Origin: Bacteroidota bacterium
GTDB taxonomy: Bacteria; Bacteroidota; Ignavibacteria; UBA10030
Direction: 5' to 3'
DNA length: 64,000 nucleotides
NCBI GenBank assembly: GCA_035390885.1
Contig: DAOOUW010000005.1
Location: 1,913 to 65,912, forward strand
Position numbers and translations under genes: made by a program. This document shows, piece by piece, positions 9,873 through 19,336 of the stretch. Each line of letters starts with the position of its first letter. Positions within the stretch are counted from its first letter, which is position 1. The notes below the pieces were generated by a model. That model made no database searches and was not told where the DNA came from. It saw only the letters and a program-made list of their open reading frames with translations.

Positions 9873-10026
9873 TATGTTTACTAGAGCCTATTTATTTCCA
9901 TCGTGTTCTTTATCAGGCTTTGAATATATTGAAACTACTGTTGAAATAAAATTATCGTAATGGAATTTTAACTTCCAACTTCTTGAGAATTTGCCTACAT
10001 TGAAAAAAATAAAAAATGGAGAACTT

Positions 10027-13000
10027 ATGAAACGACATATAAAGTTGCTATTGATTCTTTTATCGGGTGTATTAACCGCCTCTGCTCAGCCTGCCAATCA
10101 TATTGTCATTAGTGAAGTGGCTCCAATGGGAGGGAAGGCGACTCAGTATAATACTGGTGAGTTTATCGAGCTTTATAATCCTTTTTCAGTTGACGTTACG
10201 TTTGGTACGAACGTCAAAATAGTTTCTGGCGCAACTCCGCCAGGAACAAACGCCGCTGAGTGGGAAGTATCGTTGGCGGGGAAGACGATCAAAGCTTATG
10301 GATTTTTACTTATTGGAGATGGCGGCGTTTCGCCTGCTCCTGATATTTCATTTCCTTCAAACAAAAATTTGGCAAACTCAGCTGCTCGCTCCTGCGTACA
10401 ACTTCGAGATGGTGAAACAGTTATTGATGCTTTTGGCTGGGATGCTAGTACAACATTATTGTGCGAAACCACCCCATTTTACCCTTCAGATAAAACATCT
10501 GATGGAAAATCTTTTGAGAGGAAGAGCAAACAATCTGCCACTCAAGATGATTCAGAAGGGAATGCGTGGGATTCAAATAATAATTCGATAGATTTTTTCC
10601 AAAACAGCGCCTCGACAAAAAATCCGCAAAATTCCTCGAGCGCAATTGAAATCAATCCATACAATCTTGTTCCTTCGGATGGAAAAGGCGCGGCAAGCGT
10701 TCAGCCAGCGCAGTGGTTTTACTCGAATCCAACGGAGCTAACGTTTTCGTTATCTTCGGCGAGCGATACCATCAAAGCATTTCGCTTTGTGCTGTCGTCC
10801 TCAATATTGAATTGGAATGCAAGCAATGTAAGTGTTGTGCCGAGTTCAGCGGTTCTATCATTTTCAGGGGATACGGTTATTGTGAGTAATATTGTTATTA
10901 TTGGGAATGACAGCGCCATTGTAACGATACAATCGGTTACTGCAGTTGATACGACAACGGAATTGTCGTTTGGAGTCAGCACATCTCTCGATGGAATAGT
11001 TTTTAAAAATTTGTTAGTGCAACCTTCTACACTTATTTATGGTTCGCCGCGTGCGATGAGTATGGTCAAGGCAAAAGATGGAAGCGGATTGCCGATCCTC
11101 TATGGAAAATACGCTGTCGTAAAAGGAGTTGTAACGGTTGCGAACGAATTTGGCGGTCCTTCGTACCTCGAAGATGCAACGGCGGCTGTTGCAGTGTATG
11201 ATTCGAGCGTTTCTCGGAACGTCAAGCAAGGCGATGAAATTATTGTGCTGGGGAAAGTCGTTCCTTACAATGGATTGTTCGAACTTACGCCGTGTCAATT
11301 GATTCAGGTCGTAAGCGAAGGGAACGCATTCGATACTCTTCAACTTTCTATTCCACAGGTAAAAGCGCAGGATCAAAATGGCATTGAGCCGTATGAATGC
11401 CGATTGATTCGAATTAATAATATAACATCTGTCTTGACTTCAAGTAATTCTCCCGCTACATCGTGGGAAGTAACCGGCAGCGGCACAAACTATAAGCTGA
11501 TTTCTGGCAGTGATACATTAGAAGTCAGGATATTACCGGCGACTAACATCGTAGGCACTTCGATACCTTCTTCGACTTTTGATATTGTTGGAGTCTTAGG
11601 TCAGTACTATTCAACCTATCAACTACAGCCGCGTTCGTTGAATGATATTATTGTAAACAGCTCAGCGCCGAGAATTATTTCTGGGATTCCGTACGAAAGC
11701 TCGATTGGTTCTACCTCAGTTTCATTTCGCTGGGAAACGGATCTTCCTTCTTCGAGTATTGTCTACTACGGTTTATCCGATGCGTACGGTTCGTTTGTAG
11801 CCAGTCCGACTGCTGTTACAATTCATGAAATTACACTTACCGAATTACAACCAGCGACAGTTTATCATGCAAAGATTGGTTCCGCAATTGGCGCGGATAC
11901 GGCGTTTACATTTGATTATCTCTTTTCAACGTCGTCTGTTAATTCTACAGGCGCGATGAATGTCTACTTCAACAAATCAATCGATCCTTCTGTAGTGCGA
12001 GCGGAAACAGCGAAGACCGTCAATATCTATGAGCGTCTTCTTGCTCGTATCAATGGAGCGACATCGAAAATTGACGCTGCGCTCTACAGTTTAAGCGGCA
12101 CAGTAGGCTCGACGATTGCAAATGCGCTCATTTCTGCTAAGAGTCGCGGCGTTCAGGTGCGAGTTATTGGGGAAAATGATAATTCATCTACAGCGCCGTG
12201 GACAACGCTTTCGTCGAATGGAATCAATGTGATCTTTGATAACGTCGATGCAGTGAATATTGGCGCTGGTCTGATGCATAATAAATTTGTGGTTATCGAT
12301 AATGGCGATGATGGCGATGAAACGAATGATTGGGTGTGGACAGGTTCATGGAATGCTACTGATCCTGGAAATAACAATGACGCTCAAAACGTTATCGAAA
12401 TACAAGATAAAGCGTTAGCCAATGCTTACACAATCGAGTTCAATGAAATGTGGGGAAGCTCCAGCGCAACTCCGAATACATCGCAATCGAGGTTCGGTTC
12501 GCATAAACAAAATAACACGCCGCATCTGTTTGTTATCAATGGCATTTCTGTTGAACTATACTTTAGTCCTTCCGATGGAACGAATGCCCAATTGCTAAAG
12601 ACGTTTCATAAAGCGCAGGAATCTGTAAATTTTGCCATCCTTTCGTTTACTCGAGACGATCTGGGAAACGAACTTACTTCAAGATTTCGAAATGGCGTAA
12701 AAGTTCGCGGTGTGTTTGATAACAAGACTGATAGCGGATGTGAATACGATTCGCTGGTTGCACGAGGACTCGATGTTCACTTAAAAGCAAATCTCACAGG
12801 ATTGCTTCATCACAAATATGCCATCATTGACGCTAACGGAAATGATGAAAACAAATACGTCATTACTGGTTCGCATAACTGGAGCAACAACGCGGAGAAT
12901 AATAACGATGAGAATACGCTCATTATAAAGAGTCCCCGGATTGCGAATTTGTATCTTCAGGAATTTTCTCAGCGATACAAAGATGCAGGAGGAACGGATG

Positions 13001-13302
13001 TGCTTCTCGGCGTTGAAAGTGCAGAAGAGATCATTCCGAAAAGTTATATCTTACATCAGAATTTCCCAAATCCATTTAATCCGGCTACAAATATTCAATA
13101 CGAAGTGCCGTCGACTGCACAAGTAACCATTTTGGTTTATGATGTTCTTGGCAGGCGCGTTGCGCAATTAGTAAACGAAGTCAAAACACCGGGAGTTTAT
13201 CAAACTTTTTGGAATGCATCGTCTTTCCCCAGCGGCGTATATTTCTGCCGAATGCAGTGCGGTGCATTTTCATCAACGGTTCGGATGCTTCTTGTAAAAT
13301 AG
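10027..13302 (+). CDS. Secreted multidomain PLD-superfamily (HKD) nuclease/phospholipase-like protein with a lamin-tail domain and a T9SS C-terminal domain
   Basis: ORF 9991..13302 starts at TTG. I prefer ATG 10027 (GGAG 6 nt upstream; signal peptide MKRHIKLLLILLSGVLTASAQ). LTD-like: HIVISEV..GEFIELYNP. Two HKD motifs: LMHNKFVVIDN..GSWNAT and LLHHKYAIIDAN..GSHNWSNNAENNNDEN. T9SS tail: NFPNPFNPATNIQYEV..SGVYFCRM..MLLVK. Confidence 0.75.
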   Translation: MKRHIKLLLILLSGVLTASAQPANHIVISEVAPMGGKATQYNTGEFIELYNPFSVDVTFGTNVKIVSGATPPGTNAAEWEVSLAGKTIKAYGFLLIGDGGVSPAPDISFPSNKNLANSAARSCVQLRDGETVIDAFGWDASTTLLCETTPFYPSDKTSDGKSFERKSKQSATQDDSEGNAWDSNNNSIDFFQNSASTKNPQNSSSAIEINPYNLVPSDGKGAASVQPAQWFYSNPTELTFSLSSASDTIKAFRFVLSSSILNWNASNVSVVPSSAVLSFSGDTVIVSNIVIIGNDSAIVTIQSVTAVDTTTELSFGVSTSLDGIVFKNLLVQPSTLIYGSPRAMSMVKAKDGSGLPILYGKYAVVKGVVTVANEFGGPSYLEDATAAVAVYDSSVSRNVKQGDEIIVLGKVVPYNGLFELTPCQLIQVVSEGNAFDTLQLSIPQVKAQDQNGIEPYECRLIRINNITSVLTSSNSPATSWEVTGSGTNYKLISGSDTLEVRILPATNIVGTSIPSSTFDIVGVLGQYYSTYQLQPRSLNDIIVNSSAPRIISGIPYESSIGSTSVSFRWETDLPSSSIVYYGLSDAYGSFVASPTAVTIHEITLTELQPATVYHAKIGSAIGADTAFTFDYLFSTSSVNSTGAMNVYFNKSIDPSVVRAETAKTVNIYERLLARINGATSKIDAALYSLSGTVGSTIANALISAKSRGVQVRVIGENDNSSTAPWTTLSSNGINVIFDNVDAVNIGAGLMHNKFVVIDNGDDGDETNDWVWTGSWNATDPGNNNDAQNVIEIQDKALANAYTIEFNEMWGSSSATPNTSQSRFGSHKQNNTPHLFVINGISVELYFSPSDGTNAQLLKTFHKAQESVNFAILSFTRDDLGNELTSRFRNGVKVRGVFDNKTDSGCEYDSLVARGLDVHLKANLTGLLHHKYAIIDANGNDENKYVITGSHNWSNNAENNNDENTLIIKSPRIANLYLQEFSQRYKDAGGTDVLLGVESAEEIIPKSYILHQNFPNPFNPATNIQYEVPSTAQVTILVYDVLGRRVAQLVNEVKTPGVYQTFWNASSFPSGVYFCRMQCGAFSSTVRMLLVK

Positions 13303-13309
13303 ATTCGAG

Positions 13310-14128
13310 ATGTATTTGGCAATGAGTGTTCAATATATCGATTCGCATGCGCATCTTTTTTTTAATGATTATCAGAGTGATTGTGAAGAGGTTATAGAGC
13401 GTGCAAAGCAAAATGATGTTTGTGCGATTATTGTACCGGGAACAGACTTAGATTCAAGTCGGCAGGCAGTTGAATTAGCGGAGCGCTTTTCTGAAGTCTA
13501 TGCCGCTGTTGGTTTCCATCCGCACGATGCATTGAAATGCTCGGAGCAAGATTTGAAAGAATTGGATTTGCTTCTTCAACATCCCAGAGTTGTAGCGATT
13601 GGAGAAATTGGTCTCGATTTCTATTACAACTATTCGCCGTGGGACATTCAAAAGAAAGTATTGTGGCGGCAGCTTGAACTTGCAGCGTCGCGGAATCTTC
13701 CTGTTATTATTCATTCGCGCGATTCAATGACTGATACGCTCGATTTACTACAAAAATTTATCGAAAACTTTCCACAATGGAGGAGTAGCGGAGAAAAGCA
13801 AAAACGCGGAGTGTTCCACTGCTTCTCTGGTTCATTAGATGATGCTTCGATTGTACTTTCATTAGATTTTTTTATTTCATTTACTGGAAATGTAACTTTT
13901 AAGAAATCAACGACTGCCTCTGTTGTAAAGGAAATCGGCTTTGAGAATCTTTTGCTCGAAACCGATTCCCCGTATATGGCGCCAGTTCCTTATCGTGGTA
14001 AAAGGAACGAGCCGGCAAACATTCCAATTATCGCCAATAAAATTGCTGAGCTTTGTTCCGCACCAATAGAGGAAGTCTGCAGGAAAACTTATTCCAATAC
14101 TTGTGAACTTTTTGGATTATCATTGTGA
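13310..14128 (+). CDS. TatD-family metal-dependent hydrolase/DNase
   Basis: Motifs: IDSHAHLFF, GEIGLDFYY, PVIIHSRDS, GVFHCFSG, LLLETDSPYMAPVPYRGKRNEP. An alternative start is ATG 13322. Confidence 0.85.
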   Translation: MYLAMSVQYIDSHAHLFFNDYQSDCEEVIERAKQNDVCAIIVPGTDLDSSRQAVELAERFSEVYAAVGFHPHDALKCSEQDLKELDLLLQHPRVVAIGEIGLDFYYNYSPWDIQKKVLWRQLELAASRNLPVIIHSRDSMTDTLDLLQKFIENFPQWRSSGEKQKRGVFHCFSGSLDDASIVLSLDFFISFTGNVTFKKSTTASVVKEIGFENLLLETDSPYMAPVPYRGKRNEPANIPIIANKIAELCSAPIEEVCRKTYSNTCELFGLSL

Positions 14129-14137
14129 GAGGTTAGT

Positions 14138-16252
14138 ATGAAAAAAATTGTAATTCTAATGCTTCTATGCTTTTCTAATTTAATTTTATATGCTCAATCA
14201 ATTACCCCAGAAGAGCGAGAGATTATCGAGATTCAAAATACCCGTGAGATGGGAAATCAAAAATTACTTTCGTATCTCGCTCATCCGAATGAAAAGATTC
14301 GCTGTCGTGCGCTTGTTGCAATTGCAAATATCGAAGACACCACCGCAATTCGCAATGTTATGGAAAAGCTTAGCGACGAAAATCCTGACGTGAGAGCAAT
14401 GGCAATATTTGCCTTGAGTTACATTGGAACCGATACTGTGAGCAAGCCTTTGTTCGATATGTTGTTGAAAGAAACGGATACCGATGTTCAAAAATCAATT
14501 CTCAATACGCTTGGATTTATTGGCTCGCCTTCGATTCTGGAATCGTTGACAGAGATGAAAACCAATCTTTTGAAGCGAGAATTACGGGATGAACTTGCTC
14601 TATGTTATGGACGATATGCTCAGCGGGGGATAAGAACTGAACGAAGCGTGTGGCAATGTTTTTCGCTCCTTGAAGATACAAGCGCAAATGTGCAGTCGAA
14701 AGCTCTCTATGCGTTGTGGTGTTTAGCGCCGTATGAAATGATCGATGTGGAAATTGCAAAACATGACGAGCTTTTAATATCTCTTGCTCATCATCCCGAT
14801 CCTTATGTGCGGATGAATCTTGCGATGCTTCTAAGCCGTGCGCACGGAATGTATCGCGCCGCTATATTGGATTCGTTGGAGCTTTATGAATTCCGCACGA
14901 CGAACGATTGGCGTGTATTAGTTCAAATTGTAAAAGCTCGCGCTGCACAGGTTACAGATGATCGCAATAATTTTTCTCGATTTGCAAATTATATTCACCA
15001 TTTTCAACCGTATGTTCAGGTTACCGCAGTGCAAAATCTTGCGCAAATACCGTCATCGGTGGTCATTGCTTCTGGTCTGGCTGATGCGGTAGCAAAAGAA
15101 CTTACGACAATGGCGCTCGATACGACATACTCAGAAATGCTTCGAGGCGAAGCTCTTGTAACTCTCGGAAAATTATTTCCATACTATTTCGATAATAATG
15201 ATTCGCTCTGGTTATCAATTCCCAGTTTAGCGATTCAAAGGAAGCGACTGGAAGCAATTGGTCAGAACATTTCGCAACGCCATCTCGACACTTTGATTGC
15301 TCATCTGACTGATCCAAATATTAAGATTGCAATGGCTGCGTGGGATTATTCCAGAAATTTTGCAACCTTCCAGGCTCTACAGGCGTTAAAGTATGATTCC
15401 GCACGAGCGATGACGCTCTTTGGCGCCTTCTGCGATAAAGCTGAATATACAATGAAACGGGGCGACATCGCTCTTACCACAATCGTCGCTGATATTGCTG
15501 CTTCCCCTTCGACTGCATGGATTTTTATTCAAACGCCGTACCGACAACGAATGATAACGCTCTTTACGAATACGTATGCTTCACTCAAAAATAATCCAGA
15601 AGCAATTGAAGCAAGGCAATATATTCTTCGCGCATTGCAATACATTGGTAATGAATCCTGTGTGCCAATGCTGCAAAAAGAAGCTCAAGGAGACGATCCA
15701 CGAATTCGCGGAGAGGCGTTGCAGACTCTAAGGTTCATAACAAAAAAGGATACATCGTTTGCAATTCTCAAAACGACGGCAAAACAATCTTCCGCCATTG
15801 ATTGGAAGTTATACAACAAACTATCTTCTCATCCAAAGGTAGAGGTTGAAACATCGAAAGGGAATTTTACAATCGAGTTGAATAAGCAAGCTGCGCCTAT
15901 TACTGTTTTGTCTTTTGTTCAGTTGGTGCAGAAAAAATTCTATAATGGATTGACGTTCCATCGAGTTGTGCCGTGTTTTGTGATTCAGGGCGGCGATCCG
16001 CGCGGCGATGGATGGGGTGGACCGGGCTATACGCTTCACACGGAAATCTATCCGATTCAGTTCGATGAAGGTTCTTGTGGAATGGCGAGCGCTGGAAAAG
16101 ATACGGAAGGGAGTCAATTTTTTATTACGCAGGTACCTGTTCCTCACCTTGACGGTCGCTACACGCAGTTCGGAAAAGTTGTGTCTGGAATGGACGTTGT
16201 GAATACAATTATGGTTGGCGATAAGATTCTCTCAGCGCGTGTGATACAATAA
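14138..16252 (+). CDS. HEAT/ARM-like repeat protein fused to a C-terminal cyclophilin-type peptidyl-prolyl cis-trans isomerase
   Basis: 704 aa with a signal peptide. The N-terminal ~550 aa is helical-repeat-like (..NEKIRCRALVAIANI.., ..NPDVRAMAIFALSYIG.., ..DPRIRGEALQTL..). The C-terminus carries FHRVVPCFVIQGGDPRGDGWGGPGY...GMASAGKDTEGSQFFIT...HLDGRYTQFGKVVSGMDVV. Confidence 0.8.
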   Translation: MKKIVILMLLCFSNLILYAQSITPEEREIIEIQNTREMGNQKLLSYLAHPNEKIRCRALVAIANIEDTTAIRNVMEKLSDENPDVRAMAIFALSYIGTDTVSKPLFDMLLKETDTDVQKSILNTLGFIGSPSILESLTEMKTNLLKRELRDELALCYGRYAQRGIRTERSVWQCFSLLEDTSANVQSKALYALWCLAPYEMIDVEIAKHDELLISLAHHPDPYVRMNLAMLLSRAHGMYRAAILDSLELYEFRTTNDWRVLVQIVKARAAQVTDDRNNFSRFANYIHHFQPYVQVTAVQNLAQIPSSVVIASGLADAVAKELTTMALDTTYSEMLRGEALVTLGKLFPYYFDNNDSLWLSIPSLAIQRKRLEAIGQNISQRHLDTLIAHLTDPNIKIAMAAWDYSRNFATFQALQALKYDSARAMTLFGAFCDKAEYTMKRGDIALTTIVADIAASPSTAWIFIQTPYRQRMITLFTNTYASLKNNPEAIEARQYILRALQYIGNESCVPMLQKEAQGDDPRIRGEALQTLRFITKKDTSFAILKTTAKQSSAIDWKLYNKLSSHPKVEVETSKGNFTIELNKQAAPITVLSFVQLVQKKFYNGLTFHRVVPCFVIQGGDPRGDGWGGPGYTLHTEIYPIQFDEGSCGMASAGKDTEGSQFFITQVPVPHLDGRYTQFGKVVSGMDVVNTIMVGDKILSARVIQ

Positions 16253-16257
16253 TATTT

Positions 16258-16277
16258 CTCACGGGTGAACCCGTGGG
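16258..16277. repeat. R2 palindromic hairpin (terminator-like), 6 nt after the PPIase stop
   Basis: ctCACGGG-tgaa-CCCGTGgg read directly. It belongs to the same palindrome family as 36046-36071 and 36236-36255. There is no U-tract. A degenerate copy lies at 16692-16710. Confidence 0.6.
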
Positions 16278-16310
16278 CTGCAGATAGTTTCCGTTACTTA
16301 TTGATTCTGT

Positions 16311-16680
16311 GGTGGCTTCGATACGAGATAGCGCTCTACTCAACCAATCGTCAGGGAATCGGTTGCCGAGGTGCCGTAAGGCATATCGAGGCAACAGTCT
16401 TTGCAAGTTTCAAATGCATAATTTGGGTAAACTTTTGGTTCTTTTCTTTCAAGAGAAAAGAACAAAGAATGATGAATTAAATGTAAAGGAAAGTAAAAAC
16501 ACGAAGCAGAAAGGAAACATCCAGTCCTTCGGACACCCCTCTAAAAGAGGGGAATAATTCCCCTTCACAGAAGGGGTGTCAACCGAAGGTTGACGGGGTA
16601 GTCTATCAATGTGGTGGCTTCGATACGAGCTATCGCTCTACTCAGCCACCGTCAGAGAATCGGTTGCCGCGGTGCACGAA
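16311..16680 (+). repeat. Composite repeat A: R1 copy, hairpin spacer, nested palindromic cassette, truncated R1 copy
   Basis: Parts: R1 copy 16311-16428; spacer with a perfect 10-bp hairpin 16438-16463; nested 64-nt palindromic cassette 16526-16589; truncated R1 copy 16613-16680. Hand alignment to 23683-24042. For 16420-16680 versus 23781-24042 I count 14 substitutions plus one 1-nt indel. Confidence 0.85.
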
Positions 16681-16844
16681 AGTAGTTTTCACCCACGGAT
16701 GAACTCGTGGATTACATAAATAATTTTCCTTCAGTTGCCATCTAAGCTCGGTTTCTAAGGCTTCGTAAAGTGGGATTGAAGCAACAGTCTATGGTAGTTT
16801 CTACTGCAGCATTCGAGTCAAATAAATTGTCGGAGAAAGAGAAT

Positions 16845-18896
16845 ATGAAACACATCAATTATATCTTTATTGTTATCTGTATAATATCTCAGGTTTTATA
16901 TGGACAGGCAGATTCGATTATTGTGTTTGATGATGGAATTGCATTGTTGAGGTCTGGACCGCTCGCAAGCGATGTTGGCGCACGAACAGAGTACCATTAT
17001 CTTCCTGAAGCAGCGCCGCGCTCTCAGTGGGTTGTCTCCACATTTCGATATACGCTTCCTGCTTCCTGGTTCATTCAAACAGTCGATGGTGAAAAATCAA
17101 TTTATCAGCGGAATATCAACAACGAGCGCCACTGGCATCCGATGGTGGTATCCGGCAATAATCTCTGGCGTTCCTATACTGTAACCTGTCGGATGAAGCC
17201 GTCGTCCAATGAGCGTCAGAGCGGATTGATTTTTCAGTACCAACACGATCGACAATATAATATCTTTTGCATTGAAGATGGAAAACTACGATTAAAACAA
17301 ATTGCGCATTCGACATCCTTTAGAACGTTGAATGAAAAAATCCTTGCGGAAAAAGAATTTGTTGGCGCTGAACATTCCTGGATAACAATGACGGTGAAAG
17401 TGGATGCAAATCGTATTCTGGCATGGACAAATGGCGGCGATACGCTTTCCGCGGCCGATACGCTCTATAAACACGGGAAGATTGGCTTGCTTGCCGATGC
17501 TCCCACTGCCTTTAATTCTATTTCTGTAAAGATGAGTAAGTCGAATCTCGAACAATTCAATTTAGAATGCAAAACTGCTGCTGAGGGAGAAAAAATGCTT
17601 CAGCAGAAGCAGCCTCAAATGAAGCTCTGGAAAAAGATTTCAACCGAAGGATTTGGCACCGGAAGGAATTTAAGATTTGGAGATCTTGATAATGACGGAA
17701 AGGTCGACGTGCTGGTTGGTCAGGTGGTGCATTACGGGCCAAAAGATGCCAACAGTGAACTCTCCTGTCTTACTGCAATGACGCTCGACGGAAAAATTCT
17801 GTGGCGCATTGGCGCTCCGGATCCATGGAAAACAATTCTGACGAATGATGTTGCATTCCAGATACACGATATAGATCACGATGGTAAAGCCGAAGTAATT
17901 TATTGTATGAATCAAGAACTTATCATAGCGGATGGATCGACTGGAGCGACAAAGCTCAAAACTCCAACACCATTACGACCTGGAGGCGCAGCGCCAGCGG
18001 CGGGCTTGACGAAGTTCAAGAGGATTCTTGGCGATTGTATTTTCTTTTGTGATTTGAAGGGAGAAGGTTGGCAGTCTTCGATTATTGTAAAAGATCGATA
18101 TACCTCGCTCTGGGCTTTTGATAAAAATCTTCATCTGTTGTGGAGCGCGCAGTGCAACACAGGACATTATCCTTATGCATACGATATTGATAACGATGGC
18201 AAAGATGAAGTAATGATGGGATATACGTTGTTCGACGATAATGGTAAAAAATTATGGTCTCTCGATTCTACTTTGAGCGATCACGCCGATGGCGTGGCAA
18301 TTATGAAACTCAAAAAAAATGCGCCGCCAGTAATTCTATGCGCTGCAAGCGATGAAGGAATGATTTTCATCAGCGCTGATGGAAAAGTTCTTAAACATCA
18401 TTACAATGGACATATTCAAAATCCCGTTGTTGCAAATTTCAGAGACGACTTACCTGGTCTGGAAGTTGTCTCGGTGAATTTTTGGGCGAATCAAGGAATT
18501 ATTCAATTCTATGATTCCGATGGTTCGGTGTACTATGAGTTCGAGCCAACACAGTATGGAAGTATGTGCACGCCTGTGAACTGGACAGGGAAGACAGAAG
18601 AATATGTACTCCTTAATGCCAATGTTGATGAAGGCGGACTTTACGATGGGTGGGGAAGAAGGGCGCTGTTATTTCCTGACGATGGCCATCCGGATATGTG
18701 CTGCACAGCTTTCGATGTTTATGGCGATTGCCGAGATGAAATAATTGTTTGGGATCCGCATGAAATTTGGATTTACACACAGAGCGACAATCCAAAGCAA
18801 GGAGTTCTCTACAAGCCATATCGCAATCCATTATGGAATGAATCGAATTATCGCGCCAATGTGTCCATCCCCGAGGAGTTGATGAAGTCGAAATAA
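16845..18896 (+). CDS. Secreted DUF1080/LamG-like domain + FG-GAP/VCBS-type beta-propeller protein (possible polysaccharide-acting enzyme)
   Basis: ORF 16770..18896 starts at GTG. I prefer ATG 16845 (signal peptide MKHINYIFIVICIISQVLYG). Repeated Ca-binding-like loops: GDLDNDGKVDVLVG, IHDIDHDGKAEVIY, YDIDNDGKDEVMMG. Confidence 0.6.
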   Translation: MKHINYIFIVICIISQVLYGQADSIIVFDDGIALLRSGPLASDVGARTEYHYLPEAAPRSQWVVSTFRYTLPASWFIQTVDGEKSIYQRNINNERHWHPMVVSGNNLWRSYTVTCRMKPSSNERQSGLIFQYQHDRQYNIFCIEDGKLRLKQIAHSTSFRTLNEKILAEKEFVGAEHSWITMTVKVDANRILAWTNGGDTLSAADTLYKHGKIGLLADAPTAFNSISVKMSKSNLEQFNLECKTAAEGEKMLQQKQPQMKLWKKISTEGFGTGRNLRFGDLDNDGKVDVLVGQVVHYGPKDANSELSCLTAMTLDGKILWRIGAPDPWKTILTNDVAFQIHDIDHDGKAEVIYCMNQELIIADGSTGATKLKTPTPLRPGGAAPAAGLTKFKRILGDCIFFCDLKGEGWQSSIIVKDRYTSLWAFDKNLHLLWSAQCNTGHYPYAYDIDNDGKDEVMMGYTLFDDNGKKLWSLDSTLSDHADGVAIMKLKKNAPPVILCAASDEGMIFISADGKVLKHHYNGHIQNPVVANFRDDLPGLEVVSVNFWANQGIIQFYDSDGSVYYEFEPTQYGSMCTPVNWTGKTEEYVLLNANVDEGGLYDGWGRRALLFPDDGHPDMCCTAFDVYGDCRDEIIVWDPHEIWIYTQSDNPKQGVLYKPYRNPLWNESNYRANVSIPEELMKSK

Positions 18897-19336
18897 AACT
18901 CCCTGATAATTGTCTCGACTGTGTAACCGTTCTAACAGGGAAGCTCGGACGACTTTTGGGTTCGCAATTCCATAGTTATGATTGACAATAGTTTGGAATC
19001 GGTTTATATTTTACGCGATGAATGAAAGCAAACTACAGAGGGAAGTGGTGGTGAGAAATTTAAGTGCGAGGATATTTTCAACAATGCTAAAAATTCAATT
19101 ATTTAATAGCAATTCTTAAAGTTTATTAAAACTTTATTATACAAAATATTGTTAAACATTTATAACATGAGAGACAAAATATGGACGGCATTCTAAAAAC
19201 TTCAATTATAAAAGATTCAATAAATGCTTAAAATTGCTTGCTTAATGGATTTGACAAGTTCTGCGCATTTGGTCTTGTAAGAGTGCCTTGTAGCTATATA
19301 CTTTAACTAAAATTGCAATAAAAGGTGATTACAAAG

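Noticed and set aside
16265-16557. Small ORFs (71 and 82 aa) inside composite repeat A, and similar ORFs over other R1 copies (23838-24053, 36127-36366, 44255-44446, 56923-57141)
   Set aside because: The peptide frames are not conserved between repeat copies (for example LLPRYALRHLGNRFPDDW versus ASIRLTVTRQPIPSRW). The copies differ by indels and are truncated at different points. The conservation is at the nucleotide/structure level.
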